64,000 bases of DNA from an uncultured Hormoscilla sp. GTDB taxonomy: Bacteria > Cyanobacteriota > Cyanobacteriia > Cyanobacteriales > Desertifilaceae. A program made the position numbers and the translations under genes. The stretch covers positions 2,400,001 to 2,464,000 of the forward strand of contig OZ001293.3 in the NCBI GenBank assembly GCA_963921275.4, written 5' to 3'. Positions 1 to 11,914 of the stretch are shown piece by piece. Under the pieces are notes generated by a model. The model did not search any database, was not told the DNA's origin, and saw only the letters and a list, made by a program, of their open reading frames with translations. How positions within the stretch are numbered: position 1 is the stretch's first letter; each line of letters begins with the position of its first letter.

Positions 1-74
1 GCGATAATTACGATCCATGCTCAGATAACTGGGCAGCAGCAAAAGTGGGGCAGTCCGTGCCACCGGCCACCTAA
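1..74 (-). pseudogene. 3' continuation of the conserved cyanobacterial membrane-anchored hypothetical gene interrupted at 75-1952 (runs off the window edge)
   Basis: Reverse strand reads (I)RWPVARTAPLLLLPSYLSMDRNYR and joins in frame to ...VVNLPYPMI of 1953-2289 when the insert and one TAA are removed. Confidence 0.85.
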
Positions 75-234
75 GGGACTTGCGGTTTAATAATGTACCA
101 ACGACTTCGCTACTGGACTGTCTGGGTTAAACTTGCAAGCACGGCCCGGCTAAAGTTCAAAACCCCCGCCTAATCAGCTTAAGTCGTCTTAAGACGACTG
201 AGGTTATTCGGTACTTTATTTCTGCGCAAGTCCC
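75..234. mobile_element. 160-bp MITE, copy 1
   Basis: TIRs GGGACTTGCG...CGCAAGTCCC, flanked by TAA on both sides, internal palindrome AGTCGTCTTAAGACGACT, no ORF. Confidence 0.85.
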
Positions 235-300
235 TAAAGGTCTAGGAAGGGCTCTTGTAAATGCCCAGGAGGTAGTCCGCCTGGGCAGCGGAGGCTACTA

Positions 301-1305
301 CTACTTGGCGGCGTAGATCGCCCAATCGTAGGCCGCCCGGGCGATCTGAGCAATCACCTGCTCCTTCGTGTCGAACGACGCCTTGTTGCAGTTGTAGACC
401 GCGATGACGAGAACCTCTCCATCGGGGAGGCGGATCCATCCGACATCGTTGACCGAGTCATGACCGGTTCCGGTCTTGTCACCCACAACAGTGCCCGGCG
501 GCAACATGCCCTGCAAACGGGCTTTGCCGGTGCGGGTTTGCTCCATAATGTCGATGAGAACTTCGGTGCGCTCTTTATCGAGAACTTTATTCGCCATAAA
601 CTTCGACAAGAGCTGCACCATGGCGTCCGGCGTGGTCGTGTCGCGCTCGTCGTCCCAGAAGGAACTGTTGTCGAGCGGGCGAAGGAAGAAGTCCTCGTCT
701 TGCTCATTGAGGAACTCTATGACTTCGTCAAAGTTGTCAAGATCGTAGGCATCCATGAACAGGTCGTTCAAATTGCGTTCAACGCTGATTTCCTCGACAC
801 CCTGCTCTTGCACCCACGCCTCGACGCCTTTGGGGCCATACATGAGGCGCATCATCGTGTTCGGAGTGGTGTTGTCGCTGTCAACAATGGCCGTCCAGAT
901 GAGATTGTAGAGCTTGGTCGTCGTTGGCGCCTGCGGGAACGTCAGGTTCACCGGCGACAGCACGGATAAGTCTTCATCGGTGATGGTGATCTGCTCTTCG
1001 AGCGTCAGTTTGCCTTGCGAAACAAGGTCGAGCGCCTCCATCGAAACGGGTATCTTCACGGTGCTCATCATCGGGAACCGATGATCGCCGTTGATGAGCG
1101 AGATCGGCTCTTCTCCTGCAAAGGCGATGCTCGCCCCAACACCGCTGTCCACTGGCTCAGGTACTTCGTCGTCCACAGTCTGGGCGATACGGGCCACCTC
1201 GGCCCGAAGCGTTTCCAGGCTATCGGCGAATGCTGGTTCAGGTCCTCCTACGACTTGAACCAAAGCTACGGATAGGAGGATAAGGAGGATAAGGGTTCGT
1301 TTCAT
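301..1305 (-). CDS. Secreted class A beta-lactamase-like serine hydrolase
   Basis: Signal peptide; motifs FPMMSTVK (SxxK), SDN, DTTTP, DKTGT; acidic insertion in the omega-loop region. Confidence 0.85.
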   Translation of the reverse strand: MKRTLILLILLSVALVQVVGGPEPAFADSLETLRAEVARIAQTVDDEVPEPVDSGVGASIAFAGEEPISLINGDHRFPMMSTVKIPVSMEALDLVSQGKLTLEEQITITDEDLSVLSPVNLTFPQAPTTTKLYNLIWTAIVDSDNTTPNTMMRLMYGPKGVEAWVQEQGVEEISVERNLNDLFMDAYDLDNFDEVIEFLNEQDEDFFLRPLDNSSFWDDERDTTTPDAMVQLLSKFMANKVLDKERTEVLIDIMEQTRTGKARLQGMLPPGTVVGDKTGTGHDSVNDVGWIRLPDGEVLVIAVYNCNKASFDTKEQVIAQIARAAYDWAIYAAK

Positions 1306-1562
1306 GATCTACTTCTCGAAGGTGTCAAGTTTTCTTCCGTAAATGGGCCGCTCTATTTGCAGATCGCCCCGTGAGGTCCTCAGGCAAATCAGGATTGGCA
1401 TCGTCTCCCAAATCAACGCTATGCAAGGAGCTACGATCATAAAGTAGTCCATAAAGTGGGGGATGTCAATGAACTCGTGCTGCTGAATTCCTATCGGGCG
1501 AGCACGGCGAGCACTCAAAAGCTAAGGTGCAATTCGGTAACCCATCGTTGTACCGGTATGTT

Positions 1563-1722
1563 GTCTAACTCGTTATTGGAGTGAACTGTTCCGCATAACA
1601 CCCATATTTGGGGGATTAGGTGGCAAATTTTCTACCTAACTACCCGATTGAGGTGTTTAGGTGGAAATACGCCAGCCTAACGTCCCTATTAGGGTGATTA
1701 GGTAGACGAGTTCAGTATAATC
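1563..1722. repeat. About 41-bp periodic imperfect palindromic repeats (CTAAC...TTAGGT)
   Basis: gtctaac 1563, gcataac 1593, acctaac 1634, gcctaac 1675; the last three are each followed by ...TTAGGT. Confidence 0.5.
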
Positions 1723-1792
1723 ATCCCTCCTATGAGCACTTGAATTGCTTAGGGTTTGTTTATCATCCTGGTTGGTGTACTACCCGATGCAA

Positions 1793-1952
1793 GGGACTTG
1801 CGGTTTAATAATGTACCAACGACTTCGCTACTGGACTGTCTGGGTTAAACTTGCAAGCACGGCCCGGCTAAAGTTCAAAACCCCCGCCTAATCAGCTTAA
1901 GTCGTCTTGAGACGACTGAGGTTATTCGGTACTTTATTTCTGCGCAAGTCCC
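1793..1952. mobile_element. 160-bp MITE, copy 2
   Basis: Same sequence as 75-234 apart from one visible substitution (cttaag/cttgag). Confidence 0.85.
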
Positions 1953-2289
1953 TAATCATCGGATAAGGCAAGTTAACTACATAGATCAACCCAGCTGCAC
2001 CCAACAACAGGGCCGCTGGCCACTTCATTTTGCTCAAGGCCGACGGTGGACGGTTAGCTTTAGCAGCTGCTTTCAGGGCTTTTTCGCTAAACTGGGGAAA
2101 CACATCGACAACTGTGTCTCGCAGTTCTTCCTCTTGGGCGGGGTCGCCTTTTTGCAGACGCAGCTTTTCTAAGCGCTCCATCACAATCGACTTCTCGGTT
2201 TGGCTTAACCTATCTGTGCCAGCACATTGGTCAACTTCTGCTCGCAGGATAAAATAAGCACGCTTATTCAGACGGGATATCGATTTCAC
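1953..2289 (-). pseudogene. 5' part of conserved cyanobacterial hypothetical membrane-anchored protein, disrupted by the composite element
   Basis: ORF 1897-2289 has a TM segment then NLPYPMIR and runs into the MITE. Confidence 0.8.
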
Positions 2290-2562
2290 CCCTACTGCTC
2301 TTGTGATGAAAGTATTTTGAGTTTATTATTTCATCGATAGAATATCAACCGCATTTATAATCGTGCCAGTTGTCAATTGTGAATTGAGCACCGGCGATCT
2401 AAAGACAGCTGCTCATAGGGCAACCAGCGTCGGTCACCGAACGGGCGATCGGGCCGGGCGGGTGTTTGTTCGAGTTGGAAGCCCTTGACAGGGATGATAG
2501 AATGAGGAAATTATAGCCTCAAGTGACACCGCAGGCGAGTTATATGTTGAAATATCTACGCA

Positions 2563-4456
2563 ATGCAAGGCTTGGTAAAATTTCTTTTCGCGACATCAGA
2601 TCTTACTGTGGCGCATTTTATTGCTGAGTATACCAGTGCTGTTGCTGGGGCAATATGTGACCTACAGAAAGGCCCGTTCGACGCTGCTGGAAACAGCCAG
2701 CCAAAATCTTACCGAAAGCGCGATCAGAGAGGGTAGTCGTATTGAAGAGGCGATCGCCGCTTGGCAAAGCAACCTGCTGACAGGGACGAAAACCTCACTA
2801 TTGCAGTCTGGTAACCTAGAGGCATCTGCACAATACTTAAAGCATCTGGCATCTTTATGGCCAGTGGACTGTCTGCAATTACAGGATATCAAGACGGGGG
2901 CGATCGCCGCTAGTACCTGTGGCGATCGGACTATCGCCCCAGTGAAGTTGTCGCCTCCAGACAAGGCAGCGGTACAGGTAGTATTGCCAGAGACAGCATC
3001 AGCTAGTGAGATTGATTAGCAAAACCAACTTGACTTGATTTTGAGTGCGCCTGTCTCTGACAAGCAGGGGAATGGACACCTCCAGTTAGTGGTTGAGTCG
3101 GTTTTGCCGCTATAGGTGACAGATGAGCCTAAGTCTCTGACAGGCTATACGGTGGAGATCGACCAAGATGGCACTATTATAGCCCATCCCGACTTAGAGC
3201 GGGTGGGACAAAATATTGCCTCCGAGAAAAATGGGGAGACCCGGAAAAGACTCTCAAGTCTGGTCAAAAATGCGATCGGGGGGGAAAAATATTTTCAGCA
3301 TGTCTCTGGTTTTGATGATAGCGGCAAGGAATTACTGGCGGGCTACAGTGCGATCGACAGTCCCACAGATAGGACTAACGGCAAATGGGTGATTTTAGTT
3401 GTCACCAGATTTGGATAACGCTCTGTTTGGTTTCCAAGAAATCCTGCGAAGTCTGATCGATCCGATCTTACTCTTGATTGCGGCTAATCTGGTGGCAACC
3501 CTAATTCTGGCACAGGACCTGGCGCGTCCGATGGAAAAACTGGGAGAGTATGCCCGCAATACCGAAGGCCAGGAAGCAACGGATCCCATCCTCCACAATT
3601 TTAATATCAAAGAGTTCAATCAACTAGCTCTGGCCCTTAACAGTATGGTCTCGTGCCTGAAAGCTTGGGCCGAGGAGTTGATTTCGACATGGCAAGAAGC
3701 CAAAGTAGCTAACCAGCTGAAAAATGAGTTTCTCGCCAGTATCTCTCACGAGTTGAGAACACCCCTCAATACTATTATTGGTTCCGTGCGCTTGGTACTG
3801 GATGACTACTGTGATGATAGAGAGGAAGAAAAGCTGTTTCTGCAACAGGTGTATGATGGGACGATTCGCCTGCTGGAAATTATTGATGATATTCTCGACC
3901 TCGATAAATTTGAAGCGGGTACTCTTTCTGTCGATCTGGAACGGGTCGATCTGCTAGAGGTACTCAAGGAAACAGTCAATTTACAGATGGTTCAGATTCA
4001 GCAAAAAAGCTTACAGTTGAATTGGCATAAGTCCACAGAGGCGATCGCAGTCCAGGCCGATCGGGCCAAGCTCAAGCAGGTGTTCCTGAATGTCCTGAGT
4101 AACGCTATTAAGTTCACTAAAACTGGCAGCATCACCATTACCACCCGGATAGCAGCCCCAAGCTCTAGTTCTGAGGGTGAAACCTATGTTAATGTTGCTA
4201 TCCTAGATATTGGCATTGGTGTTGACAAAAGTAATCAGTCTAAACTGTTTCAGCCCTTGTGATGGCTGATGGTAGCAGAACTCGTGAGTTTGGAGGTGCA
4301 GGACTGGGATTAGCAATTTCGCGGAACTTGATGGAACTTATGCATGGCAGCATTACTCTCTCTAGTGAGGGTAAAGATCAGGGCAGTACAGTCGAGATCG
4401 CATTGCCTGTGATTAAAACTTCGCTGTTACCTAAACCCACATCATCCCCACCCTAA
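2563..4456 (+). pseudogene. Membrane sensor histidine kinase (Cache-type sensor, HisKA, HATPase), fragmented
   Basis: Fragments 2621-3019, 3116-3418, 3399-4262 (SHELRTPL, NAIKFT) and 4259-4456 ([10 protein letters not shown]) separated by stops and frameshifts. Confidence 0.85.
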
Positions 4457-4540
4457 AAGGTGGGGCTACACAAACAAAGCCCGCCTGCCCGGGCTATGCG
4501 GGCGCTGTTACCTAAACCTAGATTCCCTGACAATAAAACT

Positions 4541-5167
4541 ATGTCTTACAGTGATTTTACCCTGACAGAACTGGAAAATAAATTTAACCTGATTATTCAG
4601 GAAAGAGTAGAATTGTTTCCGGCAGTAGAACCTGTCAATCCTAGTCCAATTTTGAAAGAGGTTCTAGCAGAAAATATTCCTCTAGCTTTAGAAATAAATA
4701 CAGAGAAAGCACGATCAAAAATGATAGTGGCTCCAATTTTGATTGAAATCAGGAAAATTTTTCAACGTCAAATCAGCTTGTTTTCAGGAAGAGATTTTAA
4801 TATAGATAAAGAAAAGGGACTGAACGGTAGATGTGATTTCCTCATCAGTCATTCCCCTAGACAGTTGGAAGTTACGGCACCTGTTGCTATGCTAGTTGAG
4901 GCCAAAAATGATAATCTGCAATCGGCAATCCCTCAGTGCATTGCGGAAACGATCGCTGCTCAAATCTTTAACGAACAGAAGCAGAATAATATTCCTTGTA
5001 TTTATGGTGGAGTGACAACAGGAAGTCTCTGGCAATTTCTCAAATTAGAAGCAAATACTGTTTATATTGAGGCTGGAGAACATTTTATTGGTAATATAGA
5101 ATTGCTGCTCGGTATTCTCTCACAGATAATTCATACTACTCTGCCCCGATCGATGTCATGCAATTAA
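4541..5167 (+). CDS. Conserved cyanobacterial hypothetical protein (PD-(D/E)xK-like, MSYSDFTL family)
   Basis: GRCDFLIS...VEAK...QCIAE...YGGVTTGSLWQFLKL motifs. Confidence 0.65.
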   Translation: MSYSDFTLTELENKFNLIIQERVELFPAVEPVNPSPILKEVLAENIPLALEINTEKARSKMIVAPILIEIRKIFQRQISLFSGRDFNIDKEKGLNGRCDFLISHSPRQLEVTAPVAMLVEAKNDNLQSAIPQCIAETIAAQIFNEQKQNNIPCIYGGVTTGSLWQFLKLEANTVYIEAGEHFIGNIELLLGILSQIIHTTLPRSMSCN

Positions 5168-5214
5168 CAATTTTTATCCCAGGGAATAAACATCAAGCTG
5201 TTTTGGGTATTCTG

Positions 5215-5463
5215 TCATTCCCACTCTTCTTCATCCCAACTATGTGTAATAATATTATCGATTAGCAATTGGTCATCTCCATTTTCTGCCATTATCCTAA
5301 ATGCACTTTCCCATTCATGACGAGGGGGCCGTACTGGTGATATCACTAAACGGCTGTTTTCTACGGTAATTTAGACTGTTTTACCGAACCCGCACTCTTG
5401 AAGCATTGGTTTGGGGATTTTTATACATTGCTCCTTGCCAATGCGAATTAACTGGGCTTTCAT
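5215..5463 (-). pseudogene. AbrB/MazE-type antitoxin with internal stop; cognate toxin reduced to a few codons
   Basis: Manual translation MKAQLIRIGKEQCIKIPKPMLQECGFGKTV*ITVENSRLVISP...WDEEEWE*. Confidence 0.7.
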
Positions 5464-5663
5464 TTTTGTTCTCCCATACTCAACTGTCTAAGTGAATACT
5501 TGGTAATTATATCACAATATGACCCTCCCTTCGTCACCGATGACCTTAAGAGACTCATTATCTGACCCTCCCTTCGTCACCTATGACCTTCCGAAAGTCA
5601 TCGGCACATCCGAGATCCTAAATCATAATAATCGGTACCGAATTTCGCCGCAAGTCCCTTAAT

Positions 5664-6036
5664 TCAAAATTGAGATGCTTCCAGATCCTGAGCTTTTTGC
5701 TTGTCGGCGTGAGCCCCCTCAACATCGCCCAACTTACGGCGGGCCTGGCTGCGGAGCCGATAGGCTGCGGGAAAGTTTGGTTTGAGCTTGATGGCTTGAC
5801 TGGTATCAGCGATCGCCTCTTCGTAGTCCTGTAACATCATATTTGCGCGAGCACGTGTGAGGTAAGCATTGGCATCCCGCCGGGTTCTGTTGCAACGCTT
5901 CGTTAGCCCTGCGGCGTCTTCCGCATGCTCTTGTCCTGAAGGACTCGGCATGCGGAAGACACCGATCGAACATCTGAGCGGTCCTCAGGGCATTAGCTTT
6001 GAGGGAGTCTTCCTTTGCTCCCTGTTCGTCACCCAT
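5664..6036 (-). pseudogene. TPR-repeat protein fragment
   Basis: AYLTRARANMMLQDYEEAIADTSQAIKLKPNFPAAYRLR; frame break at a hairpin repeat near 5915-5963. Confidence 0.6.
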
Positions 6037-6178
6037 CCGACGAAGAACCGTACTCCGAATTAGATATTACTTCCCGCCTACCGACTGATTTAAGGGATAA
6101 TAACTCGGCTGATTAAAATCCGCTTGGCCATAGATTTCATAAGTACTTTGCTGCATAGATTTTCTGCCCCTCAGCAAC

Positions 6179-6457
6179 TCATGTTTCATCTTTATACTTT
6201 CTGACTACGAAGGAGTTATCATTCTGGTGAGAACGACTTAGTTCCTGAGCTTGATTAACTGCCGTTTTCAGGTTATCGTAGGGACCGGACCATAAATACT
6301 TCTTCAATAACCGGTCATATCCGGCTAGAGAACCGAACACGACATAATAAACACCATACAGTTCGCCATTACTTCCAGTTATCTTTCTGAGCACGAGCGA
6401 TCCTTTCCTCCTTATCTTAACTTCCCTGCTGCTTCGGAGGCAGTTTTTTGAGGACAT
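6179..6457 (-). CDS. Hypothetical protein
   Basis: 92-aa ORF with no recognised motif. Confidence 0.3.
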   Translation of the reverse strand: MSSKNCLRSSREVKIRRKGSLVLRKITGSNGELYGVYYVVFGSLAGYDRLLKKYLWSGPYDNLKTAVNQAQELSRSHQNDNSFVVRKYKDET

Positions 6458-6578
6458 TGCTTGAGTAATGTATTACCAGATACATTTTTTTGAAGATATC
6501 CTGCTAATATTCATAAGTAGATTGAGAAAATTCTTCGAGGCGGTTGGGTGACAATAGTGACAAGATTATCTGTAGAGT

Positions 6579-6678
6579 ATGAGCAATGGTGTGGTTGGGA
6601 AAATCGGCTATGAAGCTAAATCGGCATCTGTTGGCCATATTGATAGCATCACATCCAAGGCGATGGGATATAGTATAC
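6579..6678 (+). CDS. Exon 1 of AbrB-family (membrane AbrB duplication) protein
   Basis: ATG 6579 (alternative ATG 6663) is open to the intron 5' end and joins 9917 in frame: ...MGYSI-P-QIAKIS. Confidence 0.65.
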
Positions 6679-6916
6679 GTGCGATTCGTTTAGCGTAAAC
6701 TAACTTGACACAAGTCAAGGAGGGGGACCGCTACCGGGATTTCGTAAGTCCCGAGAACTTACAGGTGATGGTGGTGAAAGCCCGCCCCTCCAGGTGCAGG
6801 AGTGACAGCACCCTCCCCACGGTAGCGATGGCATCAATCCGTGAAGCGGGAAGGAAAGGCGCTATGGCTGGGAGCCTAGACCGGTCATCGTCGAGCAAGT
6901 AACTATGATGAGCGTA

Positions 6917-7750
<834 letters not shown>

Positions 7751-8113
7751 TAAGCGAAGGTTTGCAACGTCGTAAAGCCTATCCAGTGTAATAAGGCTGA
7801 TACACTGGCCCAAAAAGGGAAAGGATACTGGTCATTGGCGGATGTATACCCGACCAATAAGCACTGACAATAAACCCGGCGTAGAGAACCCGTCTAAGGT
7901 TACGACCAATCATCTGTAGGAACGAAGTAACCCGGTTGTAGCACTCTCCATCACCGGTCGATAGATGGAGTAGCCACCACAGGCGTAACATCTGCTCTCC
8001 GGAAGGCAGGACGCAACTGGGGGAGATTGAGTGGAGAAGCAAATGCCTGTCTGTAATGGATAGGATAAGCTGACGCCCTCACGGTCTCGTCAATTGTGAA
8101 GTTGTAAGTAGTA

Positions 8114-9910
8114 GTGAATATGTCACGGAACTTAGTCGAAAGACAAGAGTATGAATGGAAGACTGTCGCCTGGCGAAAGCTGGAAAGGATAGTTTTTAAG
8201 CTGCAAAAGCGAATTTACAGAGCGGCACTGGAAGGTAATAAGCAGAAGGTTCGTAAGCTCCAAGGATTACTAAATAGGTCATGGTCCGCGAAGATGATAG
8301 CGGTACGGCAGGTAACACAACAAAACCAGGGAAAGAAGACGGCTGGTGTGGATGGTGTGAAAGCACTGACCCCAAAAGAACGTATCGAACTGGTAGGTCA
8401 AATCAAAGTTACTCGAAAGGCGAAGGCAAAAGCCACACGAAGAGTGTGGATACCGAAGCCACGAAGGGAGGAGAAGCGGCCATTAGGAATACCAACGATG
8501 CACGACCGCGCACTTCAGGGATTGGTTAAAGAAGCGCTAGAGCCTGAATGGGAAGCGTATATGGAAGCCAATTCCTACGGGTTTAGACCAGGTAGGGGAT
8601 GTCATGATGCAGTTGCAGCGATATTCGCTAGCATCAGTCAAAAATCGAAATGGGTGTTAGATGCGGATATTGCGAAGTGTTTCGACGAAATTGACCATTC
8701 CGCGCTCCTAAAGAAATTGAATACTACGTCACCAATCCGTAAACAAATACGGGCATGGCTAAAAGCTGGGGTGATGGACCGGGGAAGGATGGAATCCACA
8801 GAAGCCGGAACTCCCCAAGGTGGGGTTATATCTCCATTACTAGCCAATATAGCTTTACATGGGCTGGAAGGGGTAGTAATGGGTCTCGCTCACACAAAAA
8901 GAGAGAAGGAGAAGTTAACCGTAGTAAGATATGCGGATGACTTTGTGGTAATACATAATGACCGGTCGATGATTGAGGAAGCTCAAGGAGTGATTGAGGA
9001 GTGGTTGAAGGGAATAGGGCTGGAGCAAAAAGCCGAGAAAACGAAGATATCCCACACATTGGAAGGAGAGAGCCCTGGATTTGACTTCTTAGGGTTCAAT
9101 ATCCGACAATATAAAGTAGGGAAACACAGAAGCGGCAAACTCTGTAACGGAACCCCCCTAGGATTCAAGACCCTAATCAAGCCTAGCGATAAATCCATAA
9201 GGAATCATAAAGAGCAGCTATCAGAGATAGTTCGCCGCCATAAAGGGGCACCGCAAACGGCCTTAATAGCAAGACTAAACCCGATGATAAGGGGATGGAG
9301 CAACTATTATAGGACGGTGGTAAGTAAAGAAACTTACAGCTCTATGGATAACTACTTATGGAAGTTGTTATGGCGATGGGCAAAGAGAAGACATCCTAAC
9401 AAAACGGGCAAATGGATTGCTAGTAAGTACTGGGGTATGACCGGGAAAGACCGGTGGAGGTTCGCTGGCAAGTCTAAAGAAGATGGAGGAATGAAGCTAA
9501 ACCGATACTCTGAAACTGAAATAATCAGACACGTAAAGGTTAAGGGGACAGCTAGCCCGTTTGACGGTAATCTGGTTTATTGGAGCAAAAGACTGAGAAA
9601 AAGCCCGGATGTGAGCGCTAGAGTTATCAGACTGCTAAAAGAGCAGGATGGTAAGTGTGTGCACTGCGGACTGAAATTCAAAGATGGCGACAAATGGGAG
9701 GTTGACCATATTCTACCAGTTTCTAAAGGAGGTAAAGACTGGTATACCAACCTACAGTTGCTGCATGATTATTGCCATGATGTAAAGTCTGCCAGAGATG
9801 GTGACAAAGGCCGTATCCATGACAAGGATGGCGAAACTGAGGAGCCGGATGAGGTGAAAGTCTCACGTCCGGTTCTGAAGACGAGTCGGCGGGGTGACCC
9901 GTTGGCTTAG
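8114..9910 (+). CDS. ltrA: Group II intron reverse transcriptase/maturase with C-terminal HNH endonuclease
   Basis: RPLGIPT, SYGFRPGR, GTPQGGVISPLLANI, YADD, X domain RGWSNYY, C-x2-C...EVDH...NLQLLH. Confidence 0.95.
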   Translation: MNMSRNLVERQEYEWKTVAWRKLERIVFKLQKRIYRAALEGNKQKVRKLQGLLNRSWSAKMIAVRQVTQQNQGKKTAGVDGVKALTPKERIELVGQIKVTRKAKAKATRRVWIPKPRREEKRPLGIPTMHDRALQGLVKEALEPEWEAYMEANSYGFRPGRGCHDAVAAIFASISQKSKWVLDADIAKCFDEIDHSALLKKLNTTSPIRKQIRAWLKAGVMDRGRMESTEAGTPQGGVISPLLANIALHGLEGVVMGLAHTKREKEKLTVVRYADDFVVIHNDRSMIEEAQGVIEEWLKGIGLEQKAEKTKISHTLEGESPGFDFLGFNIRQYKVGKHRSGKLCNGTPLGFKTLIKPSDKSIRNHKEQLSEIVRRHKGAPQTALIARLNPMIRGWSNYYRTVVSKETYSSMDNYLWKLLWRWAKRRHPNKTGKWIASKYWGMTGKDRWRFAGKSKEDGGMKLNRYSETEIIRHVKVKGTASPFDGNLVYWSKRLRKSPDVSARVIRLLKEQDGKCVHCGLKFKDGDKWEVDHILPVSKGGKDWYTNLQLLHDYCHDVKSARDGDKGRIHDKDGETEEPDEVKVSRPVLKTSRRGDPLA

Positions 9911-9916
9911 TTTAAT

Positions 9917-10989
9917 CACAGATCGCAAAAATTAGCACGCAGCTAGCAGTTGCCATTGTAGCAGGCTTACTATGCAACTGGCTGTATGTTCCAGTAGGTT
10001 GGCTAATCGGTCCCATGCTGGTGGGAATTGCCTATGCTCTGATCCAGGGTAACCCCCAACCGCTACCAGCAGCTTTTATGAGCGTGGGGCAAGCAGTAAT
10101 TGCGATCGCCACCGCTGCTGGCTTTGACTACGAGACATTGGCAAAGGCAACAACCTATGCAATACCGCTACTACTATGTATAATAATCACTGGCAGCCTG
10201 AGTTTGTGCAACGGCTACCTGTTATGGCGCTGGGCTGGTATTGATTGGGCTACGGGTTTTTTGGGTTCTATCCCTGGTGCCAGTCATAGTCTGGTGGCCA
10301 TGAGTGAAGAAATGGGGGCTGACGCGATCGCAGTTGCCCTACTTCAGTATATACGGGTGTTGCTAGTAAGCTTAATCATACCAACTCTAGCTAGCTTATT
10401 TTTTCCCATCGACGCAAGCGCCCCAGCTGTAACAACCATACCAACAGAAAGCCACCTACCAATGTGGTTGAACCTATTCGTCCTAGTTGCCTGCGGCGGC
10501 TTAGGAATTTGGGGGGGACGCTGGTTACGCTTGCCCGCGTCGATGTTCTTAGGTCCCTTTCTGGCCGGGCTAGTCGCAGTTTGGACCCTGCCACAGCAGT
10601 TACAGATGCCCGATGTCTTTTTCACAGCAGGACTGCTGCTAGTGGGACTCTCCATTGGTCTCAAGTTTGACTGGGAAACCACCCGCAAACTTTTCAAAGC
10701 GGTTTTGCTGGAGGTAGCTTTAGTGATACTATTGATTCTGATTTGTCTGGGAGTGGGATATGAGTTCCATCTGGTCACGCAAGTTGATACAATGACCTCC
10801 GTATTAGGTTGCACTCCCGGAGGGATAACTGCAATGATAGCTACTGTTATCCAGCTGGGTGGTGATTCTGGGTTAGTGCTAGCGATGCAGATGACCAGGA
10901 TGTTGCTGATTCTGCTGATTAGCCCTATTTTAGCGACTTTAATGGTTCAAAAGGCTGCTAGTTACGATTGTGAATCTCAGGGTAAATAA
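9917..10989 (+). CDS. Exon 2 of AbrB-family integral membrane protein
   Basis: Frame is open from 9919; PVGWLIGPM, PGASHSLVAMSEEMGAD, PGGITAM motifs; multiple TM segments. Confidence 0.8.
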
Positions 10990-11914
10990 AAACGAAGTAC
11001 AGAAGGTTTTCCTGAATAATTGTGGAGAGATTGCCATGAATATGATGACAGCAGATAAATTACAGAGGGATTATTTACTCAATGACAAGCAGTGGTTGTC
11101 AATTTTGGACGGGGCCAAAAGCAGGCTGGAAGAGGACGGTTACTGGATATTTTAAGCCGGAAACACTGACAGAACGACTGTGCTGGAATTGGCCGATTGT
11201 TTCGGAAAGCGCCAAAGTCACGTACTCACAGATGGAGATGGCATTCACGAAGTTAGTACCAAGTCATATCACAAAAAAACGACAATTGTCAAGCAGCAAT
11301 ACCTGGGCAATACCAACAAAGAGCATAAACTGCACACATATGGAGTATATCTTGATGGAATAGCCAAAACAAAAGAAAGTCGTTTAGTCTCGGTTGTGCC
11401 ACCAGTACTGGTGCTAATGCTGCTGGCGCAGCCAGCAGCATCAGGCGGTGCTAGTCTGGTGTTGGACAGCAAACAGATGTTAGAAGACGCGCTGCACCAA
11501 GACCATGAGCTAGTAAAAGTATTGTTGCAGCCCTGTGTAGTCTATTCCCGAGATGACCAATGTGCAAGAACCCCAGTTTTTACCCGCATCGGTCTTGAAG
11601 GTTGGAGTATTCGCTGGCGTTATGACTTTGCAACTCTGGTAGAAGAGGATGCCTGCGATGCCCTCAAGCTTTTCTATGACAAGTACATATCCAACCCCAA
11701 GTACCTGAAGCGTTTTGAGTTACAAGCAGGAGATATTTTGGTGGTGGACAACTTGAGATGCATTCACGGTCGAGAAGCATTTACGAACTATCCAGAGAAA
11801 CCCCGCTTGCTGCGTAGAGTATGGGTTGGCGCGAAGGAGCAGCTGTTTGTGAACCCTCTGGGTCAAGCACAGCATAAACGGGTTTACGATCAATATCAGT
11901 CCTATAGCTGCCTA

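Larger units (their letters stand above)
75..1952. mobile_element. MITE-bounded composite element carrying a beta-lactamase-like gene
   Basis: Two direct-orientation MITE copies; outer TAA duplication (72-74, 1953-1955); splits one host ORF. Confidence 0.8.

Noticed and set aside
2749..2758. Frequent GCGATCGC as a novel repeat
   Set aside because: This is the known cyanobacterial HIP1 octamer
5649..5662. CGCAAGTCCC as a third complete 160-bp MITE
   Set aside because: Only one terminus is visible and I found no matching left end
6705..6902. Small ORF sharing VAMASIREAGRKGAM with ORF 51992-52396
   Set aside because: The similarity comes from conserved intron domain I RNA, not protein
8114..9910. 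RT as a retron, DGR or defence RT
   Set aside because: It has maturase X and HNH domains and lies within a complete group II intron
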